From: an uncultured Gammaproteobacteria bacterium
GTDB taxonomy: Bacteria > Patescibacteriota > Patescibacteriia > Patescibacteriales > GWE2-39-37
NCBI GenBank assembly: GCA_964443495.1
Contig: CAYUCS010000002.1
Span: 23,740-87,739 of the forward strand
Reading direction: 5' to 3'
DNA: 64,000 nt
In this document: positions 61,579-64,000 of the stretch, piece by piece
Position numbering within the stretch: position 1 is the first letter of the stretch
Layout: every line of letters begins with the position of its first letter
The notes under the pieces: generated by a model
What the model saw: only the letters and a program-made list of their open reading frames with translations
The model's database searches: none
What the model was told of the DNA's origin: nothing
Program-made: the position numbers and the translations under genes

Positions 61579-61833
61579 CTAGATCAAATCGGAACTGCGT
61601 CTTTCGCGCGGGCCACCTGTACGTTTTCTGTCCGGAATTTCCGACCGCGGCTGGGAAACGTAGGCGACGCCTCCGCCACGGCCGCTGACTTTCGACCCAG
61701 GCTGCTCATCCGCTTTGCTCACTGCCTCCTCATACGTCGGAATGTCGAGAAAATTGCTCCCGTCAGCCATAAAAACGCTGAACGGACCCCTCACTTCAGG
61801 GTCTTTATTTGACCAACCGTCAGATATGCTCAT
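61579..61833 (-). CDS. hypothetical protein
   Basis: It is an 84-aa ORF with an AGAAAGGAGG SD. Its C-terminal half is disordered-looking. Confidence 0.4.
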   Translation of the reverse strand: MSISDGWSNKDPEVRGPFSVFMADGSNFLDIPTYEEAVSKADEQPGSKVSGRGGGVAYVSQPRSEIPDRKRTGGPRERRSSDLI

Positions 61834-61856
61834 CCTGCCAAACCTCCTTTCTGGAA

Positions 61857-62570
61857 TCAGTGATGCTGCTCGGTTAAGATTGTTACAATGTGCGATATTT
61901 CTAAAGCTAATTCCGAACTTATCTTCAAGTTGCGGAATCGGCTGATTTCCAATTCATTGGCTAATCTTAGCAATTTAACAGAATTTTCGGAAATTGTCAA
62001 GCCTTTTGCCTGGCCAGCGCACCGCTGGCAGACAATGCCGTTTTTGCGTCGATCCAAGACCATGCCGGCGGCCGCAGGCTTTGACCCGCAAAAGACGCAA
62101 TTGCGCAGATCCGGTTCGTAACCGGTACGCGAAAGCAGACGGAAAATCGAAAGATCCGCCCAAAGACTGACGTCAGCCGGGTCGCCGATCCCATCGATCA
62201 AAGCCAGGATATCGCGCAACTCGACGAAAAGTTGTGCCTCGGGCTGCCCTTCTTTGATTGCCAGATTGAAAAAACGGCAGACACGGCTGGCCGCCTCGAT
62301 CTTGTCCAGATCGGATTTCAAGCCAGGCAAGCAATCGCTCGACAAAGCGCTGCCGATATAATCATGGGATTTGCCGCAAACGACCATGCAATCGATAAAA
62401 CAAAACGGCTCGACATGAGCCGCTATCTTTGAGCGGAATTTCCTGGCCCCTCGGGCGACCAGCGATTGCTTCCCCTTCTCCGGGCTGTACACCGTGACCA
62501 AGAGGTCGTGCTCCCGCAATGGTTGTCGCATCAGGACGATCGCCTTGATGCGGTATGTCTCTTCGGTCAT
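61857..62570 (-). CDS. recO: DNA repair protein RecO
   Basis: It has an N-terminal OB-fold pattern (KAIVLMRQPLREHDLLVTVYSPEKGK) and the C-terminal zinc motif CVFCGS...CQRC. Confidence 0.85.
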   Translation of the reverse strand: MTEETYRIKAIVLMRQPLREHDLLVTVYSPEKGKQSLVARGARKFRSKIAAHVEPFCFIDCMVVCGKSHDYIGSALSSDCLPGLKSDLDKIEAASRVCRFFNLAIKEGQPEAQLFVELRDILALIDGIGDPADVSLWADLSIFRLLSRTGYEPDLRNCVFCGSKPAAAGMVLDRRKNGIVCQRCAGQAKGLTISENSVKLLRLANELEISRFRNLKISSELALEISHIVTILTEQHH

Positions 62571-62800
62571 CGTTGTCCAGAATCGTTGATATATTTAATC
62601 CTGCCGAAACATTCGAGCTCCTCCTTGCCCATATAGGCCCAGCCGCGGCAAACGATAGTCTGGCACTTGCCAGGACGATCGACATAATCGATGCAAGCCG
62701 AGAGCTTCGTGCCGACTAGCAGGCAGTATAATGCCGCCGCAACGAGCAACGCTAAAGTTATTGATAACCCATATTTTACCGGCCTAGTCATGCTTGTCAA
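62567..62800 (-). CDS. small membrane protein
   Basis: It has one TM helix (YGLSITLALLVAAALYCLLV) and four Cys in the C-terminal part. It overlaps both neighbours. Confidence 0.45.
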   Translation of the reverse strand: MTSMTRPVKYGLSITLALLVAAALYCLLVGTKLSACIDYVDRPGKCQTIVCRGWAYMGKEELECFGRIKYINDSGQR

Positions 62801-63164
62801 AAAAACTTTGCAAGATCAGCATGGCTGCGATCGCATCGCGCGGAGCCTTGTCCTTCTTGCCGCCAATAAGCGCGTCGCCGGCCTTGCTGGAAAGACGCTC
62901 ATCCACCCGCTCGATCGGCAAGCCGGACAAATCGGACAGATCGGAAATGAATTCCTCGACCTTGTCATGCATATGCCCTTTTTCCTTGTTCATCGTCAAT
63001 GGCACACCGACCACCAAATGATCGACGTCTTCCTCCTTGATTGCCGCAACAACATCGGCAAGCGAGCCGACGACTTTGAACGGAGTCGCGATTTTTGTCA
63101 GATTATCGCCTAAAGCCAAACCGATTCTTTTCGTGCCGTAGTCGATGCCGAGATAGCGTTTCAT
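62784..63164 (-). CDS. ruvX: putative pre-16S rRNA nuclease / Holliday-junction-resolvase-like protein YqgF
   Basis: It has YLGIDYGTKRIGLALGD at the N-terminus and DERLSS. The protein is 126 aa. Confidence 0.85.
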   Translation of the reverse strand: MKRYLGIDYGTKRIGLALGDNLTKIATPFKVVGSLADVVAAIKEEDVDHLVVGVPLTMNKEKGHMHDKVEEFISDLSDLSGLPIERVDERLSSKAGDALIGGKKDKAPRDAIAAMLILQSFFDKHD

Positions 63165-63180
63165 ATTATTTATCCCTTGA

Positions 63181-63957
63181 TTATCTTGTCAAAACAAGGT
63201 GCCCCGTCTTCGTCACCGCCACCGTATGCTCAAAATGGGCCGACAAGCTTTCATCAGCAGTATCGATGCTCATACCGTCAGGACCAGTCACGACTTCGTG
63301 GCGGCCAGCATTGACCATGGGCTCGATCGCAATCACCATGCCCGGCTTCAATAATATTTTCTTATTCGCTTCAATCGGAAAATTCGGTATCTGCGGCTCC
63401 TCGTGGACTGCCTTGCCGACGCCATGGCCGACCAAGTCGCGCACGACCGAAAAGCCGTGCGACACGACATAATCCTCGACCGTGCGCCCGATATCGTAAA
63501 TGCTGGCACCCGGCTTGACCTTTTTGATCGCCAATTCGAGCGATTGCCTAGTGGTATCGATCAGCTTCTGCGCCTGAGCGCTGATCTTGCCGACACCGAA
63601 AGTCACAGCCATGTCAGTGAAATAGCCGTTGCGTGCAGGATACTCCATCCCGATGTCGATACTGACGATATCGCCGTCAAAAATCGTGCGCGGAGGCAAC
63701 GCCGGGGCGTGGACGACCTGATGATTGATGGAGATGCACAAAGCGGTAGGATATGGACGCCCTTGCGGAACCGGGCAATAGCCCTTGAAAGAAGGGCGTC
63801 CGCCGGCCTGCTCGATCAGATCGCAGGCCATCTTTTCCAGCTCAGCCGTGGTCATGCCCGGCAATGCCGCCTTGGTAACTTTCTTCAAAATGCCCGACAG
63901 GATCTTGCCACCCTCGCCGATCTTGGCGATCTCCGCCTCGGTTTTCATGATAATCAT
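63181..63957 (-). CDS. map: type I methionine aminopeptidase
   Basis: The pita-bread fold motifs are DIVSIDIG, HGVGKAVHE, IAIEPM and HFEHTV. The start may be the ATG at 63957 (ATGA overlap with the upstream stop) or the one at 63948. Confidence 0.9.
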   Translation of the reverse strand: MIIMKTEAEIAKIGEGGKILSGILKKVTKAALPGMTTAELEKMACDLIEQAGGRPSFKGYCPVPQGRPYPTALCISINHQVVHAPALPPRTIFDGDIVSIDIGMEYPARNGYFTDMAVTFGVGKISAQAQKLIDTTRQSLELAIKKVKPGASIYDIGRTVEDYVVSHGFSVVRDLVGHGVGKAVHEEPQIPNFPIEANKKILLKPGMVIAIEPMVNAGRHEVVTGPDGMSIDTADESLSAHFEHTVAVTKTGHLVLTR

Positions 63958-64000
63958 ATATGTTTCTTCAATTTGCGCATCAGCTCGGCATCGACTTTCT
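63954..64000 (-). CDS. C-terminal fragment of an upstream gene (identity not determinable; adenylate kinase would be the usual neighbour of map)
   Basis: The frame reads ...KVDAELMRKLKKHI then a stop (TGA at 63956..63954). Only 15 codons are visible. Confidence 0.35.
   Translation of the reverse strand, partial: KVDAELMRKLKKHI

Overview
The window reads as a chromosomal segment of a small-genome bacterium. From gene content I infer it may be CPR/Patescibacteria-like, but I could not test that. Most genes lie on the minus strand in tight, often translationally coupled operons, and several are preceded by near-consensus TTGACR-N17-TATATT promoters. Housekeeping genes I recognise from motifs include ddl, lysS, aspS, trpS, ppa, fba, tpiA, scpAB, pyrF, recO, ruvX, map and rpmG, a DEAD-box helicase, an ABC-F ATPase, and tRNA-Thr, tRNA-Tyr and tRNA-Trp. 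Five regions stand out. (1) At about 41.95-46.16 kb there is a strongly AT-rich island next to tRNA-Trp. It carries an AAA+ ATPase and S8 subtilase gene pair (ietAS-like candidate antiphage module), a decayed XRE-like gene and no integrase. It is bracketed by diverged direct repeats of about 220-250 bp. The better-preserved repeat copy folds into a four-helix RNA-like structure that mimics the 3' end of tRNA-Trp. (2) At 0.2-11.4 kb there is a ten-gene NAD salvage / ADP-ribose recycling cluster with an NrtR-like regulator and two candidate operators. It includes an unusual fusion of glutamine amidotransferase, NAD synthetase and NMNAT. (3) At 58.55-60.7 kb two divergent T-box leaders sit back to back. 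One controls aspS; the other controls an unknown 267-aa protein and a histidine-phosphatase-like protein whose catalytic His reads Gln. (4) At 27.8-33.2 kb, downstream of trpS, there is a tightly coupled cassette: a TrpD-like phosphoribosyltransferase, a PaaK-like adenylating enzyme, an aldehyde dehydrogenase, a RibD_C-type reductase and a truncated class-I aaRS paralogue. (5) Smaller oddities include an orphan consensus promoter driving an A/C-rich transcript of about 140 nt, a tandem OMP-decarboxylase paralogue with eroded catalytic residues, a TTGAAAATT motif array, and tRNA 3' fragments. Everything here comes from reading the sequence and ORF translations by eye. No database search or folding program was run.
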